Shown piece by piece: positions 9,040-17,767 of a stretch of DNA of 64,000 nt; within the stretch, counting starts at the first letter, position 1, and every line of letters begins with the position of its first letter. Both the position numbers and the translations under genes were made by a program. The DNA is from a virus (Duplodnaviria > Caudoviricetes), in the IMG/VR virus record IMGVR_UViG_3300049988_000124, positions 160,001 to 224,000 of that record. One strand, 5' to 3'. The notes under the pieces are model-generated. The model did no database searches. It was not told where the DNA came from and was given only the letters and a program-made list of their open reading frames with translations.

Positions 9040-9747
9040 TTAATCGGGTGCAGTAACGAGCATCTGCCGTACCCAATCGGGCAGAGCGTTGAAGTTTTTG
9101 GTGGAGCGATCATGAATCTCGCCCTTCCACCTTACCCAATCCGACTGATGAGCTTCAACACCCTCAACAGCTCGGTCCCGATCACGCACAGAAGTTTGCG
9201 CGGCGAGCCAGGCGATGTCGTTCTTGAGCCACGGGTTCATGACCACACCTGCGGCCTTGAGTTGACTCATGATGTGGTTGAGGCCCTCGCGGACGTCGTG
9301 GTACCCTGCCCAGACCGGAGGCGGTGGATTCGCTTCACCTTCCTCGGGGTAGCGAACATAGGTACCCGAGCTAACTAGTGATCCTGGCATATGTCCACCG
9401 GTGGGTTGGAAGTTGTAGTGGAGATGAGCGACGTTGACCGACGGCTTACCGAATCCTTCCTTCTCGCCGTAGTCAGACGTGTAGGTGTCGAAGGTGAGGA
9501 GGAAACCGTCGCGGTGAGCGTAGACGTAGTAGGAGTCGGTACGCTCACGGCCGCAGTGGTTGTGCTGGAAGTCGTCCTTCAGCACCTGCTCGAAGCCCGA
9601 CTCGACGAACTTCTCCTGGTACTGCTCGAGGGACATACCGAAGTGGGTGTCACCCGACGACGTGAAGCTGTCGCGAAGCTCCTGGCGATCTTTCTCGTAT
9701 TGGAGACCGCTAGTCCACTCGTCCTCGTGTGGATTGTAGTAATCCAT
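9040..9747 (-). CDS. Hypothetical protein (235 aa)
   Basis: GAAAGGA RBS, strong codon bias. Confidence 0.75.
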   Translation of the reverse strand: MDYYNPHEDEWTSGLQYEKDRQELRDSFTSSGDTHFGMSLEQYQEKFVESGFEQVLKDDFQHNHCGRERTDSYYVYAHRDGFLLTFDTYTSDYGEKEGFGKPSVNVAHLHYNFQPTGGHMPGSLVSSGTYVRYPEEGEANPPPPVWAGYHDVREGLNHIMSQLKAAGVVMNPWLKNDIAWLAAQTSVRDRDRAVEGVEAHQSDWVRWKGEIHDRSTKNFNALPDWVRQMLVTAPD

Positions 9748-9761
9748 GACGTGTCCTTTCG

Positions 9762-10001
9762 TTAACGAAAATTCTTGGCGATGAACTTGGCGTGGTCACC
9801 GTACCAGGTAACAGGACGGTTATACGCGTAGCGACACATCGGAATATCGGTGAATTGCACTTCGATGCGTTCGAGCTCTAGACCATCTGCCTGAACGTTA
9901 AGTACGTCATCGGCGGAGTCGTTCATCTCCTCGATCTTTTTGTTCTCACCGACGTTGAGGAGTTTGTCGGAGTGTCCGTTACGCTTGTAGTAGAGTGCCA
10001 C
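9762..10001 (-). CDS. Hypothetical protein (79 aa)
   Basis: AAGGAG RBS, GTG start. Confidence 0.65.
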   Translation of the reverse strand: MALYYKRNGHSDKLLNVGENKKIEEMNDSADDVLNVQADGLELERIEVQFTDIPMCRYAYNRPVTWYGDHAKFIAKNFR

Positions 10002-10041
10002 CTTACTTCTCCTTGGTTAGCTATTGGACATCGACTGGGTG

Positions 10042-10170
10042 TCAGTTGCCCTGGTGTGAGATTCGGTGTACGATTTTTCGCACCTTTCTGTAGAACTTGG
10101 CAAGGCGATTATACCTTGCCAGCTTCCGCCTGTCAGAACGTCGACGGTTATTAGCTGTTTTCCATCTCAT
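10042..10170 (-). CDS. Very basic 42-aa peptide (MRWKTANNRRRSDRRKLARYNRLAKFYRKVRK...)
   Basis: Fills the gap between flanking genes; preceded by GGAAAAA. Confidence 0.5.
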   Translation of the reverse strand: MRWKTANNRRRSDRRKLARYNRLAKFYRKVRKIVHRISHQGN

Positions 10171-10208
10171 GGATTTTTCCCTGATTGTTTGCTGATAGTT
10201 TATAAAGA

Positions 10209-10232
10209 GGGTGGACTCCGAAGAACCCACCC
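10209..10232 (-). terminator. Intrinsic terminator with UUCG loop
   Basis: Minus strand GGGTGGGTTC-TTCG-GAGTCCACCC then TCTTT. Confidence 0.65.
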
Positions 10233-10245
10233 CAAATAGAAAATA

Positions 10246-10752
10246 TCAGTCCGGTTTGTAGACCGAGACGATGTTGTTCGCCGGGTCAGTGCTGAACATC
10301 TTCCTGCCGTCGGGAAGATAGCCCTTCTTGTTGGCGTCGTAGAAGCGGGGAAATTCGTCCTTGACTTCCTCGCAGATGAGAACGCGTCCGCCGTTACCGA
10401 GATTATACTCGGTGCCGACCCGAAGAGAGATGCCGGGCTTCTTGATCTCGATCATCCCGTTGGCATCCGCGTTGCGGTACGTATCATCGATCACGCGGAA
10501 GTGCTTGTCGGACTCCTCCCGGTCTTCCGGGCGGAGCGGAACGAGGCGGGTGATAGCACCGTTGTTGGTGAAGAGATCGTGAATGAACTCGGCTTCGATG
10601 AAACCGGTCATCGCACAACTCGACACAATGGTCCGGGTCTGGCGGAGACACTCCTCCAGTTCCGCGATGCGCTCCTTCAGCTTCGTGTTCTCCGAACGAA
10701 GAGGATTGTGTAGGAGACGATCTGCGAGCGTGGGTCCGTTATCATAGCTCAT
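10246..10752 (-). CDS. Coiled-coil N-terminus plus C-terminal copy of the dispersed ~60-aa domain (168 aa)
   Basis: LRVGTEYNLGNGGRVLI...FYDANKKGYLPDG...NNIV. Confidence 0.7.
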   Translation of the reverse strand: MSYDNGPTLADRLLHNPLRSENTKLKERIAELEECLRQTRTIVSSCAMTGFIEAEFIHDLFTNNGAITRLVPLRPEDREESDKHFRVIDDTYRNADANGMIEIKKPGISLRVGTEYNLGNGGRVLICEEVKDEFPRFYDANKKGYLPDGRKMFSTDPANNIVSVYKPD

Positions 10753-10770
10753 GATTTTTCTCCCTAGAAT

Positions 10771-11334
10771 TTACAAGAGATTGAGAGTCTTCCTAACGGC
10801 AACTTCAGCTGCTCGCTTGCGAAGATCTTCCCAGTCGTCACTGATGTACGTATAAAGCATGAACTGATCGAGTGTCTGACCTCCTGCCCATTTAGGGAAA
10901 GAGGTCATCTCTCCGACTGCTTGAGCTACGGCAGCGACAATTTCATCGAAATGGTCTGGGAGCGGTTGCTGCTCGACCTTTTGAGGAGTCGAGATAACTT
11001 CGATGAGATCGCCGGGTGAATGATAGACACCGGCGCTGCGGTGCCATCCATCCCAGTGACCGTTAGCGTCGTAACAGCGCGTATCGCTGCCGAGGAAGAG
11101 CGTGTCGGTCTCGTTCATCGAGACGATGGTGACGACTTCATCGATCGCGTTGCGGTAGATACCGCCGACGACGACCACGATAGGATCGCGCTTGCTGGCA
11201 GCGAGGAGCTTCAGCTTGGCGACGATCGTTGTTGCTTGCGACTTGGTGATCCGACCATCGAGGGCAGGATACGTCCCCATTGAGTCAAAGACGCTGTCGA
11301 CGGCTTCTTGGTGAGTCAGTTCATTGATGTTCAT
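10771..11334 (-). CDS. Protein with central copy of the dispersed ~60-aa domain (187 aa)
   Basis: VVVGGIYRNAIDEVVTIV...FLGSDTRCYDANG...GDLI; start refined behind AAGGAG. Confidence 0.7.
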   Translation of the reverse strand: MNINELTHQEAVDSVFDSMGTYPALDGRITKSQATTIVAKLKLLAASKRDPIVVVVGGIYRNAIDEVVTIVSMNETDTLFLGSDTRCYDANGHWDGWHRSAGVYHSPGDLIEVISTPQKVEQQPLPDHFDEIVAAVAQAVGEMTSFPKWAGGQTLDQFMLYTYISDDWEDLRKRAAEVAVRKTLNLL

Positions 11335-11420
11335 GATTACTCTCCTTGTTGATAGAGTTAAGACAGTATCTATTGCACCCGGACAGATGTTAAGTCCATT
11401 CGGATGCAAGGGTTAGTGTC

Positions 11421-11747
11421 TCAATAGTCGAACTTCTCACCCAGCGCAGTGAGGACGAGCACGAGACAGTCGAGAACGACCGCTACTTCATGCATTGCCC
11501 ACATGCGCCTGGAGACTTGCTCGAGCGCGGAGTTGTTGAGGTTCAACATGGGCGTGTACCCATCCTCCCCCTTAGTGCCCAGCGTGTAACCAGCAAGCAT
11601 GTCGACCTTCATCGAACTACTGTTGGTTATGTTGGCGACCAGCTGAACCTGGTCAAGACGGTTGAGGAGCGTTACCACCGCGACGTTGTCGGGGAAGAGC
11701 TTCGCTGTCTCTTGTACTTGGGTGATGATGTTTTTCTTGCTACCCAC
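11421..11747 (-). CDS. Hypothetical protein (108 aa)
   Basis: GGAG RBS, GTG start. Confidence 0.6.
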   Translation of the reverse strand: MGSKKNIITQVQETAKLFPDNVAVVTLLNRLDQVQLVANITNSSSMKVDMLAGYTLGTKGEDGYTPMLNLNNSALEQVSRRMWAMHEVAVVLDCLVLVLTALGEKFDY

Positions 11748-11759
11748 GATGTTTCTCCG

Positions 11760-11996
11760 CTATGACCTAGAAGCCAACCGTTCCCGGCTACGGCTGGCAC
11801 GTAGATCTCGGTTTTTGTCCACCAAGTAATCAGGGACGTTCACTTTGTCCTTGGTGACTTTGTGAGTCACTTTGGTTTTCATGGACATCACCCGGTACTC
11901 AGTAGCGTTGCTGGTATCCGACACGATCTCGAACTCCTCGCTTCCCAGGGACGGACAGAGAACGAGATCGTGTTTCTTAAGACGCATTGCTGGCAT
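11760..11996 (-). CDS. Small KOW/SH3-like protein (78 aa)
   Basis: LKKHDLVLC...FEIVS...YRVMS...HKVTKDKV beta-strand pattern. Confidence 0.55.
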   Translation of the reverse strand: MPAMRLKKHDLVLCPSLGSEEFEIVSDTSNATEYRVMSMKTKVTHKVTKDKVNVPDYLVDKNRDLRASRSRERLASRS

Positions 11997-11999
11997 CGG

Positions 12000-12239
12000 T
12001 CAGCTGATCTTCGAGAAGTGAATGAGGAAGGTCATCGGATCTCCGAAGATATCGAAGTAGATCACCTTCAACGTTGCCGTCCGTCCCTTGGCGTTCTCGA
12101 TCCTGACGACCCGTTCGGCCAGGCCGTCATACTCCTGAAGCTTCTCAGCCAGGTTGCGACACACCCTGGTCGTCAGACCAACGATACCTGCACTGCTGGC
12201 TGCCTTGAAGATTTCGTCGAAGAGTGGATTGTCAGACAT
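12000..12239 (-). CDS. Hypothetical protein (79 aa)
   Basis: AAGGA RBS, tight packing. Confidence 0.6.
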   Translation of the reverse strand: MSDNPLFDEIFKAASSAGIVGLTTRVCRNLAEKLQEYDGLAERVVRIENAKGRTATLKVIYFDIFGDPMTFLIHFSKIS

Positions 12240-12253
12240 CGTACTGGTCCTTG

Positions 12254-12472
12254 TTAGACGCGAACGAAGCCGTTAGCCTCAGCCTGCGCAGCAGCCGCTT
12301 CCCAGAGCTTGGCCTGGGCGGTGTGAAACGCGACTTTCGCCTTCAGGGCAAAGTAGCGCGGCGGATAGCCGTTGATCTGGTCGATCTCGAGCTTCAGGAT
12401 GTTCACCTCGACGCGGTGCTTGCGAGCGACGTTGCGGCGAGTGGTGGCACACATTTCGGTCAGCTTGGTCAT
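12254..12472 (-). CDS. Hypothetical basic helical protein (72 aa)
   Basis: GGAG RBS, strong codon bias. Confidence 0.6.
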   Translation of the reverse strand: MTKLTEMCATTRRNVARKHRVEVNILKLEIDQINGYPPRYFALKAKVAFHTAQAKLWEAAAAQAEANGFVRV

Positions 12473-12520
12473 CGAACTTACTCCTGGTTAGATGTGAAAA
12501 GGTGGGTTGTAGTGTTGGGG

Positions 12521-12826
12521 TTAGATGAGGTTCTTCCACTTGGGAGAGAACAACATGGCGCCGTGGTAGGTATGATCATACCGGTAGATGATAAAGATCG
12601 AACTGATCTCACCATCGACATCGGTGGTGGACGAGACGGCGTAAGCCATCTTGTTCATGACAAGTTCACCCCGCAAGGTTTTCAACTCGTAGAGCATGAC
12701 GTAGAAGGTTTCGGCCGTAATTTCGAAAGGAGAATATACCTCCCAATCCAGAAACGACTTCCAGGTCGGCTTGTGGCCGTCCATGTCGGTGATCTGATCA
12801 CCGGGTGTGACAGATTTAAGTGTCAT
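12521..12826 (-). CDS. Hypothetical protein (101 aa)
   Basis: GAAAGGAAG RBS before MTLKSV. Confidence 0.6.
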   Translation of the reverse strand: MTLKSVTPGDQITDMDGHKPTWKSFLDWEVYSPFEITAETFYVMLYELKTLRGELVMNKMAYAVSSTTDVDGEISSIFIIYRYDHTYHGAMLFSPKWKNLI

Positions 12827-12861
12827 GACATCTTCCTTTCTTAAAGAGTTAAAACGCACCT

Positions 12862-12898
12862 TTAATAGTACCCCGGCTCTGACCCAGGATACTAGAAT
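12862..12898 (-). promoter_or_regulatory. Putative promoter/operator, ATTCTAGT-N21-ACTATTAA (copy 1)
   Basis: Identical boxes and spacing at 19228-19264. Confidence 0.5.
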
Positions 12899-12905
12899 AT
12901 ATGCG

Positions 12906-13052
12906 TTACTTCAGGAGGGCATCGCGCTGAGCCTTGAGGGCAGCGTATTTCTCCTGTTTGCGGGTAGGGAGATCGGCCAGACAGATCTCGTAGTCGCGAT
13001 CTGCGTCGTAGATTTTCTTCATCTCGTCCGTGAGTTCTTCGACTTTACTCAT
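12906..13052 (-). CDS. Small helical protein (48 aa)
   Basis: GAAAGG RBS before MSKVEE. Confidence 0.5.
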   Translation of the reverse strand: MSKVEELTDEMKKIYDADRDYEICLADLPTRKQEKYAALKAQRDALLK

Positions 13053-13071
13053 GATTTGAGCCTTTCCGAAT

Positions 13072-13608
13072 TTAGTCGCCGTAGAAATTCCCGTGGAGAT
13101 AATAATCCTCGGGATCGAATGGTTCGAACGCACCAACGACCACGGTTACCCCTGGACCATATTCCTTGGAAAGGAGCACGATGTGGGGGAGACCCATCGC
13201 CTTAGCGATAAGGTTGGTAACGCGGCGCATTGCGTCGCTCTGGGGTCGCCAGAACTCGAACATCTGATACTGCCGGGAGTTACACTGGTGAAACCACTGC
13301 AACTGCTTTGCCAGGTTCTTGTAGCAGAGTTGACGAAACTTCTCGATCTGCTCGATGTGGTCGGAGTAGAGCGTGAGACACACTCCCTTTCCTGGAACAG
13401 CATCACTCAAAACGAGCTGCTCTTTCTGGTCAGTGAAGAGTCGAGGATTTGCCTCAACGAACTCTATCACCTTTCCGAACTCGAGCAGGTTATCGACATC
13501 CGTGCCATCCGTGTCGATGGCAACGGCGTCGCGCAGGATCTGGTCAGCGGTCGGGATCGTGGTGTACCCGAAACGCAGACTGGTTTCCTGAAGACTCTTG
13601 GCGTCCAT
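13072..13608 (-). CDS. Hypothetical protein (178 aa)
   Basis: GAGGTG RBS. Confidence 0.7.
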   Translation of the reverse strand: MDAKSLQETSLRFGYTTIPTADQILRDAVAIDTDGTDVDNLLEFGKVIEFVEANPRLFTDQKEQLVLSDAVPGKGVCLTLYSDHIEQIEKFRQLCYKNLAKQLQWFHQCNSRQYQMFEFWRPQSDAMRRVTNLIAKAMGLPHIVLLSKEYGPGVTVVVGAFEPFDPEDYYLHGNFYGD

Positions 13609-13628
13609 GTGTCACCTCGTGTAAATGG

Positions 13629-14156
13629 TCAGCGGATACCCGCCTCGTATTGTTCTTTGGACACGCCCTTGAGGAGATAGTCATTCTCGTTGTATTCCGG
13701 CACGCATTCCGCCCGACAGAACACCACGGTGATACACGAACCCCGAAGGTCCTTGCTGTGGTGAAACTTGTAGTCGGTGTGACGCGAGACCCACTGCTCC
13801 ATGTAGGTACCACTGCCCGAGTAAGTCGGCCAGGGGAACTCCGGCGTGGAGTCGAGACTCACCACCATCTCGAGGAAGCGATCGTTTTTCATCTTAAGGA
13901 TGTTGACGATACGCGTGAGCTCGGGACTGGGTCGGAAGTCTGGTGGTAACGGATTGGCGTAAATCATGCCGGTAACCGGATCACCGGTTCCGAAGATGTC
14001 CGACAGATTGGGTTTGGTGTTGCGAGGACGACTGAGTGCGCCGCGTTCCATCCGCTGCGAGAAGGTGGGTTTTCCACCCATCGCTTCCCGCTCGGCGATC
14101 CGCGCATTGAGGCGCTCCAGTGCTTCCTTGCGCTTCTGTTCTTTCGACTTGGCCAT
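13629..14156 (-). CDS. Hypothetical protein (175 aa)
   Basis: GAGGAG RBS; C-terminus resembles that of the 13072 gene. Confidence 0.7.
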   Translation of the reverse strand: MAKSKEQKRKEALERLNARIAEREAMGGKPTFSQRMERGALSRPRNTKPNLSDIFGTGDPVTGMIYANPLPPDFRPSPELTRIVNILKMKNDRFLEMVVSLDSTPEFPWPTYSGSGTYMEQWVSRHTDYKFHHSKDLRGSCITVVFCRAECVPEYNENDYLLKGVSKEQYEAGIR

Positions 14157-14158
14157 GA

Positions 14159-14272
14159 CTAGCTCCTCACGATCAAACCAGTACGAAGATCCACGGCGTA
14201 CCGCAGACCATCGATGGTGACCCAGTCCACATTCTTCCTTCCGCCGGATGAATATAGCAAACTGGTTTTCAT
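14159..14272 (-). CDS. 37-aa peptide MKTSLLYSSGGRKNVDWVTIDGLRYAVDLRTGLIVRS
   Basis: Hand-found; GGAGG RBS, abuts the next gene. Confidence 0.5.
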   Translation of the reverse strand: MKTSLLYSSGGRKNVDWVTIDGLRYAVDLRTGLIVRS

Positions 14273-14294
14273 AAAAACCTCCCTTGTCTAGCGT

Positions 14295-14462
14295 CTAGTC
14301 GCAGACGCCGGTTTTTCTCCACTCTTCAATGCGGCGACCGCATTGATCGTAGGTTGCGCCGCGCAAGTGGGTGTTGTGGACACCGCCTCGATGTTCCGGC
14401 TGCGAGTGGAGGATCAGACGGTATTTCTTCTTACCGTCCTTCCTGATTTCAGCGGTTGCCAT
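14295..14462 (-). CDS. Small basic protein (55 aa)
   Basis: AAGGAG RBS before MATAEIRK. Confidence 0.55.
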   Translation of the reverse strand: MATAEIRKDGKKKYRLILHSQPEHRGGVHNTHLRGATYDQCGRRIEEWRKTGVCD

Positions 14463-14473
14463 TAGGCTTCTCC

Positions 14474-14701
14474 TTAATTCTGATAAGGGTTGAGGATGAG
14501 CGCTTTCTGACGCTCGCTGAACGCGTTCAGCCAGAAGGTGTGACGCTCGTTGCCGATCTCCCACTCCGGATCGTCGTGATAGTCGATGCCGTACTTCTCC
14601 GTATATGCTGCACGCGCAACATCGGCGGCCGACTGGTGAATGTTGGTGTGGAACATGACCTCGCGGTCACCGGTCTGACTGGCAGGAATGGCGTAGGCCA
14701 T
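14474..14701 (-). CDS. Hypothetical protein (75 aa)
   Basis: GAAAGGA RBS before MAYAIP. Confidence 0.6.
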   Translation of the reverse strand: MAYAIPASQTGDREVMFHTNIHQSAADVARAAYTEKYGIDYHDDPEWEIGNERHTFWLNAFSERQKALILNPYQN

Positions 14702-14743
14702 GATGTGAAATCCTTTCATGGTGTAAATGGCAGATTGTGAAAA

Positions 14744-14765
14744 GGGCGGATACGAATACCCGCCC
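14744..14765 (-). terminator. Intrinsic terminator with UUCG loop
   Basis: Minus strand GGGCGGGTA-TTCG-TATCCGCCC-TTTT. Confidence 0.75.
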
Positions 14766-14778
14766 CTAACAGAAGCTG

Positions 14779-15417
14779 TCACTTGGGAAGCGGCATCCAC
14801 TCGAGGTTGGCCTCGTATGGATTTTCGGTGAACGCATCACCTTTCTGCCAACTCACCGCCTTCACTCCATTATGGGTCGTGAAGAACTTACCTTCCACCA
14901 GCTGCGCGACGACGGGCGTATGAGGAAATCCATCATCGTTATCGTTTCCACGTTGGCGAACGAGAACGTAAGATTCCTCAGCGGCAGGAAGGACAGAATC
15001 CTCGGTGAAAGGCTGGTACGACGACTGAGGCGAACGACTTACCATGCGAGGAATAACCGCGCAGGCGTTGATACCGCCTGCCGCCTGGAGCGCCGTGTCA
15101 CGACGCGCCGCAGAAGCGATGATCACACCGCTGCTACGCTGGACGACGTCGAATTCACACTCTCCCCTGGGTATGACCTGATACACACCCCTGGGATCAT
15201 GTCCCCCTTCGTAGCTGCTGGGTTCGCAGTGAGAAGCGTTCGCGAACCAGGCGATAACGCCCTTGGCGTCGATGGCATTCTGCGTCATTCGACCATCGAC
15301 GGTGATACAGAACCGCTCGGGCTTACCCTGGTAGTTCGTCCCGTCGAGGATATCGATTTCGACATTCTGACCATGACGGTCGGTGAAGTTGGCAAGATTG
15401 CCAGTCATCTCGGGCAT
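14779..15417 (-). CDS. Multi-module hypothetical protein with C-terminal DUF551-like WMPLP motif (212 aa)
   Basis: YVLVRQR...VAQLVEGKF...LEWMPLPK pattern; GAAGGA RBS. Confidence 0.6.
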   Translation of the reverse strand: MPEMTGNLANFTDRHGQNVEIDILDGTNYQGKPERFCITVDGRMTQNAIDAKGVIAWFANASHCEPSSYEGGHDPRGVYQVIPRGECEFDVVQRSSGVIIASAARRDTALQAAGGINACAVIPRMVSRSPQSSYQPFTEDSVLPAAEESYVLVRQRGNDNDDGFPHTPVVAQLVEGKFFTTHNGVKAVSWQKGDAFTENPYEANLEWMPLPK

Positions 15418-15432
15418 GGAAATATCCTTCTT

Positions 15433-16053
15433 CTAGAGGGCAGCGGCGAGGTCGCGCTGACGACGCTTCTCGGCAGCATCGGCTTCGGCCTTGATGAGCT
15501 TGGGGCTCTTCTTGGTCGACAGCCAACCTTCGCGCTTCTCGTTGTCGGCGATGGTCGCGAGGACGTGGATGATGGTACCCTCGATCACCATCTTGCCTTG
15601 GGTGAAGATGAGGGTGGCGGTGTAGTGGTTCGAGCCGTCGTCGACGTCGCTGGGCGGTGCATTCCTGCGGAGCGCGTCGATAGCGTTTCCGGTCGAGGAA
15701 TACAGCGACACGCCCTGCATGACGAGAGCAAGGACGTCCAGCCGCATCTTAGACATACGCTCCAGCCCGTCACCCACGGTCTGAGCCACCGGGTCAAGAG
15801 CGGGGTTCGGTTTGTAGGTGAGCATCAGTAGATGATCACCGCCGACCTCGGCGACGTCGAGCGACGTCTGATGATCGGTGTCGACCAGGATGTTGCCCGA
15901 GTAGACCTCCTTGATCTCCCCGTCTGCGAACTTCGCCTGGTAATGGAGATGGGTGTGACCGTATCCGACGATCTTCACTTTCTCGTCCAGGTCAGCCGAG
16001 CTACCCGAACGGTTGGGCACAGCGACACGGTCGCCAATGAGCCAATTGTCCAT
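15433..16053 (-). CDS. Protein with N-terminal KOW/SH3-like domain (206 aa)
   Basis: WLIGDRVAVP...KVKIVGYG...YQAKFADGEIKEV; GAAAGGA RBS. Confidence 0.65.
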   Translation of the reverse strand: MDNWLIGDRVAVPNRSGSSADLDEKVKIVGYGHTHLHYQAKFADGEIKEVYSGNILVDTDHQTSLDVAEVGGDHLLMLTYKPNPALDPVAQTVGDGLERMSKMRLDVLALVMQGVSLYSSTGNAIDALRRNAPPSDVDDGSNHYTATLIFTQGKMVIEGTIIHVLATIADNEKREGWLSTKKSPKLIKAEADAAEKRRQRDLAAAL

Positions 16054-16072
16054 GGTGTAATCCTTTCTGCGT

Positions 16073-16243
16073 TTACTTGTTGGGGTTGAACCAGTAGCCA
16101 CCGTTCAGACGCCGAATTTCACGGCAATCATCTGCGACAGCGATACCCACCACCGCGACCAACATGGCCTCTCCGTACCGACCAAAGACGATCAGGAGGA
16201 GCACGAGGGCAGCGAGGATGATGAAGGGGAGAATGTCTTTCAT
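16073..16243 (-). CDS. Small two-helix membrane protein (56 aa)
   Basis: ILPFIILAALVLLLIVFG and AMLVAVVGIAVA; GAAAGGA RBS. Confidence 0.6.
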   Translation of the reverse strand: MKDILPFIILAALVLLLIVFGRYGEAMLVAVVGIAVADDCREIRRLNGGYWFNPNK

Positions 16244-16285
16244 AGGACAAGTCCTTTCGAGTCGAAGAATAGTTACCGGCGAAAT

Positions 16286-16318
16286 AGTAGAGAGAGCCCA
16301 TGACGGGCTCTCTCTACT
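16286..16318. terminator. 14-bp inverted repeat
   Basis: AGTAGAGAGAGCCC-atgac-GGGCTCTCTCTACT. Confidence 0.75.
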
Positions 16319-16328
16319 GGTTAAGCGG

Positions 16329-16673
16329 TTAGGCGGGGACGGCGAGGTTGTCGTTGAGGACGAGCTCGCGCTGGGCGGTTGCGCCCTGGTTGACGTCACG
16401 CGCATCGATCCAGATACGGGTACGATGCATGTTGCTGATGCGGTTGCACATCAGGCGCAAGATGACCAGGCGACCGGAGACGACCGCGCCGTGATTGTCC
16501 TGCTTCTTGACCGGCACCCAGGCCAGGATCACGAAGGAACGGCTCCACCGACGGGTAGTGACCCCGGGCTGACGTCCGAGGACGATGCCGTAGTTGGTGA
16601 GGGGCGAGTACTGGGCGAGGAACCAGAAGGCGCGAAGGAGAACGCGGGCGAGCTGCTGAAGATAGATGTCCAT
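16329..16673 (-). CDS. Hypothetical protein (114 aa), 5' end overlapped by the acyltransferase
   Basis: GGAAAGG RBS before MDIYLQ; ends just before the hairpin. Confidence 0.55.
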   Translation of the reverse strand: MDIYLQQLARVLLRAFWFLAQYSPLTNYGIVLGRQPGVTTRRWSRSFVILAWVPVKKQDNHGAVVSGRLVILRLMCNRISNMHRTRIWIDARDVNQGATAQRELVLNDNLAVPA

Positions 16674-17719
16674 GGGAATGCCTTTCCGTTAAAGAGCCAC
16701 AGAGTAAGTGCAAACTTACTCACGATGAACTCGTGGACCATCCACGAGATCGAGAACGAACCAACCGTAAGAATTGTGAAAAGAAACACGGGATTGGTAA
16801 CTTGGGTACTCAGGAGATAGAATAAGATCCCGAGCACGGGAACGTGAAACAGGTACACCGAGAAGCCGGACTGGCTGAGGCGGCGTACCAGATCGTTATT
16901 CTCTTGAACCCTCAAGGCTGTTGCCAGCACCGTAAAGCTCATGAGAACAGCGACCAGGGACATGATGAATGTCCGCAAGACCTTAAAGGCCGCACTGGCA
17001 CTGGGATCAGCGACCATATAGTAGACCGCGTTATACCAGCACATCGCCCCTAGAAGCGCGAAGACTCCGACCCAAGCCCACCGCGTGGAGGACATCCACG
17101 CACATAGTCCTTCTTGTCGTGAGACGAAGAACCCGGCTAGGTAGAATACCGCGTAATAAGGGGTAAGGACCGCGATCGTCGGTAAGATCTGCTCCCACTG
17201 GAGGAGATAGAGGATACCCCTGGACAATTGCGCGTTGCCGGTGGCCAACACCACGACGCCGAGCAAGAAGTACTTCGGGTAGGCCTTGATCTTAGCGTTG
17301 ATCCACCCACTCAATCCCGATTCATCGAGCATGTAGCCGAGCGGCGTGATAATCGATAGGACCAGGAGAAACCAGAGATGGTAAGGATTGGCAAATGTGA
17401 AAGAGCCACCTTTGACATCAATGGTGAAGGGTAGCACGAAGAGCCAGACGGCGAACGTCGGCACCAAGAGCTGTTCCAGTCGACGACCAATCGAGTACCG
17501 ACCGGCCACTTGGAGTCTTGCCATAAGAAACCCACTGATCGCGAAGAATGCTTCCATGCGAAACAGGTGGCTGGCGAAGAGGAAGTTGTCTGCCCATTGT
17601 AGAGGGTGGGCAGGGCTAGAAATATAGGATACGCTGTGAATGAGGGGACCTGCTAGAAGCAGGAAAGCGCGCCACGCATCGACCCCCAATATTCGATGCG
17701 GACGCGTCGCGATGTCCAT
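16529..17719 (-). CDS. Acyltransferase family 3 (OpgC-like) polytopic membrane protein
   Basis: DAWRAFLLL..., HLFRMEAFFAISGF, R..QLLVP and HLWFL motifs; many hydrophobic helices; AGGAG RBS. Confidence 0.85.
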   Translation of the reverse strand: MDIATRPHRILGVDAWRAFLLLAGPLIHSVSYISSPAHPLQWADNFLFASHLFRMEAFFAISGFLMARLQVAGRYSIGRRLEQLLVPTFAVWLFVLPFTIDVKGGSFTFANPYHLWFLLVLSIITPLGYMLDESGLSGWINAKIKAYPKYFLLGVVVLATGNAQLSRGILYLLQWEQILPTIAVLTPYYAVFYLAGFFVSRQEGLCAWMSSTRWAWVGVFALLGAMCWYNAVYYMVADPSASAAFKVLRTFIMSLVAVLMSFTVLATALRVQENNDLVRRLSQSGFSVYLFHVPVLGILFYLLSTQVTNPVFLFTILTVGSFSISWMVHEFIVSKFALTLWLFNGKAFPWTSIFSSSPAFSFAPSGSSPSTRPSPTTASSSDVSPGSLPVGGAVPS

Positions 17720-17767
17720 TAAGGACTCCTTGTTTCCTAAAAGAGATAGGTCATACCAGAGTGGGCT

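Noticed and set aside
13110-13140. GGTTCGAAC resembling a tRNA T-loop
   Set aside because: No T-stem pairing or cloverleaf; overlaps a coding end.
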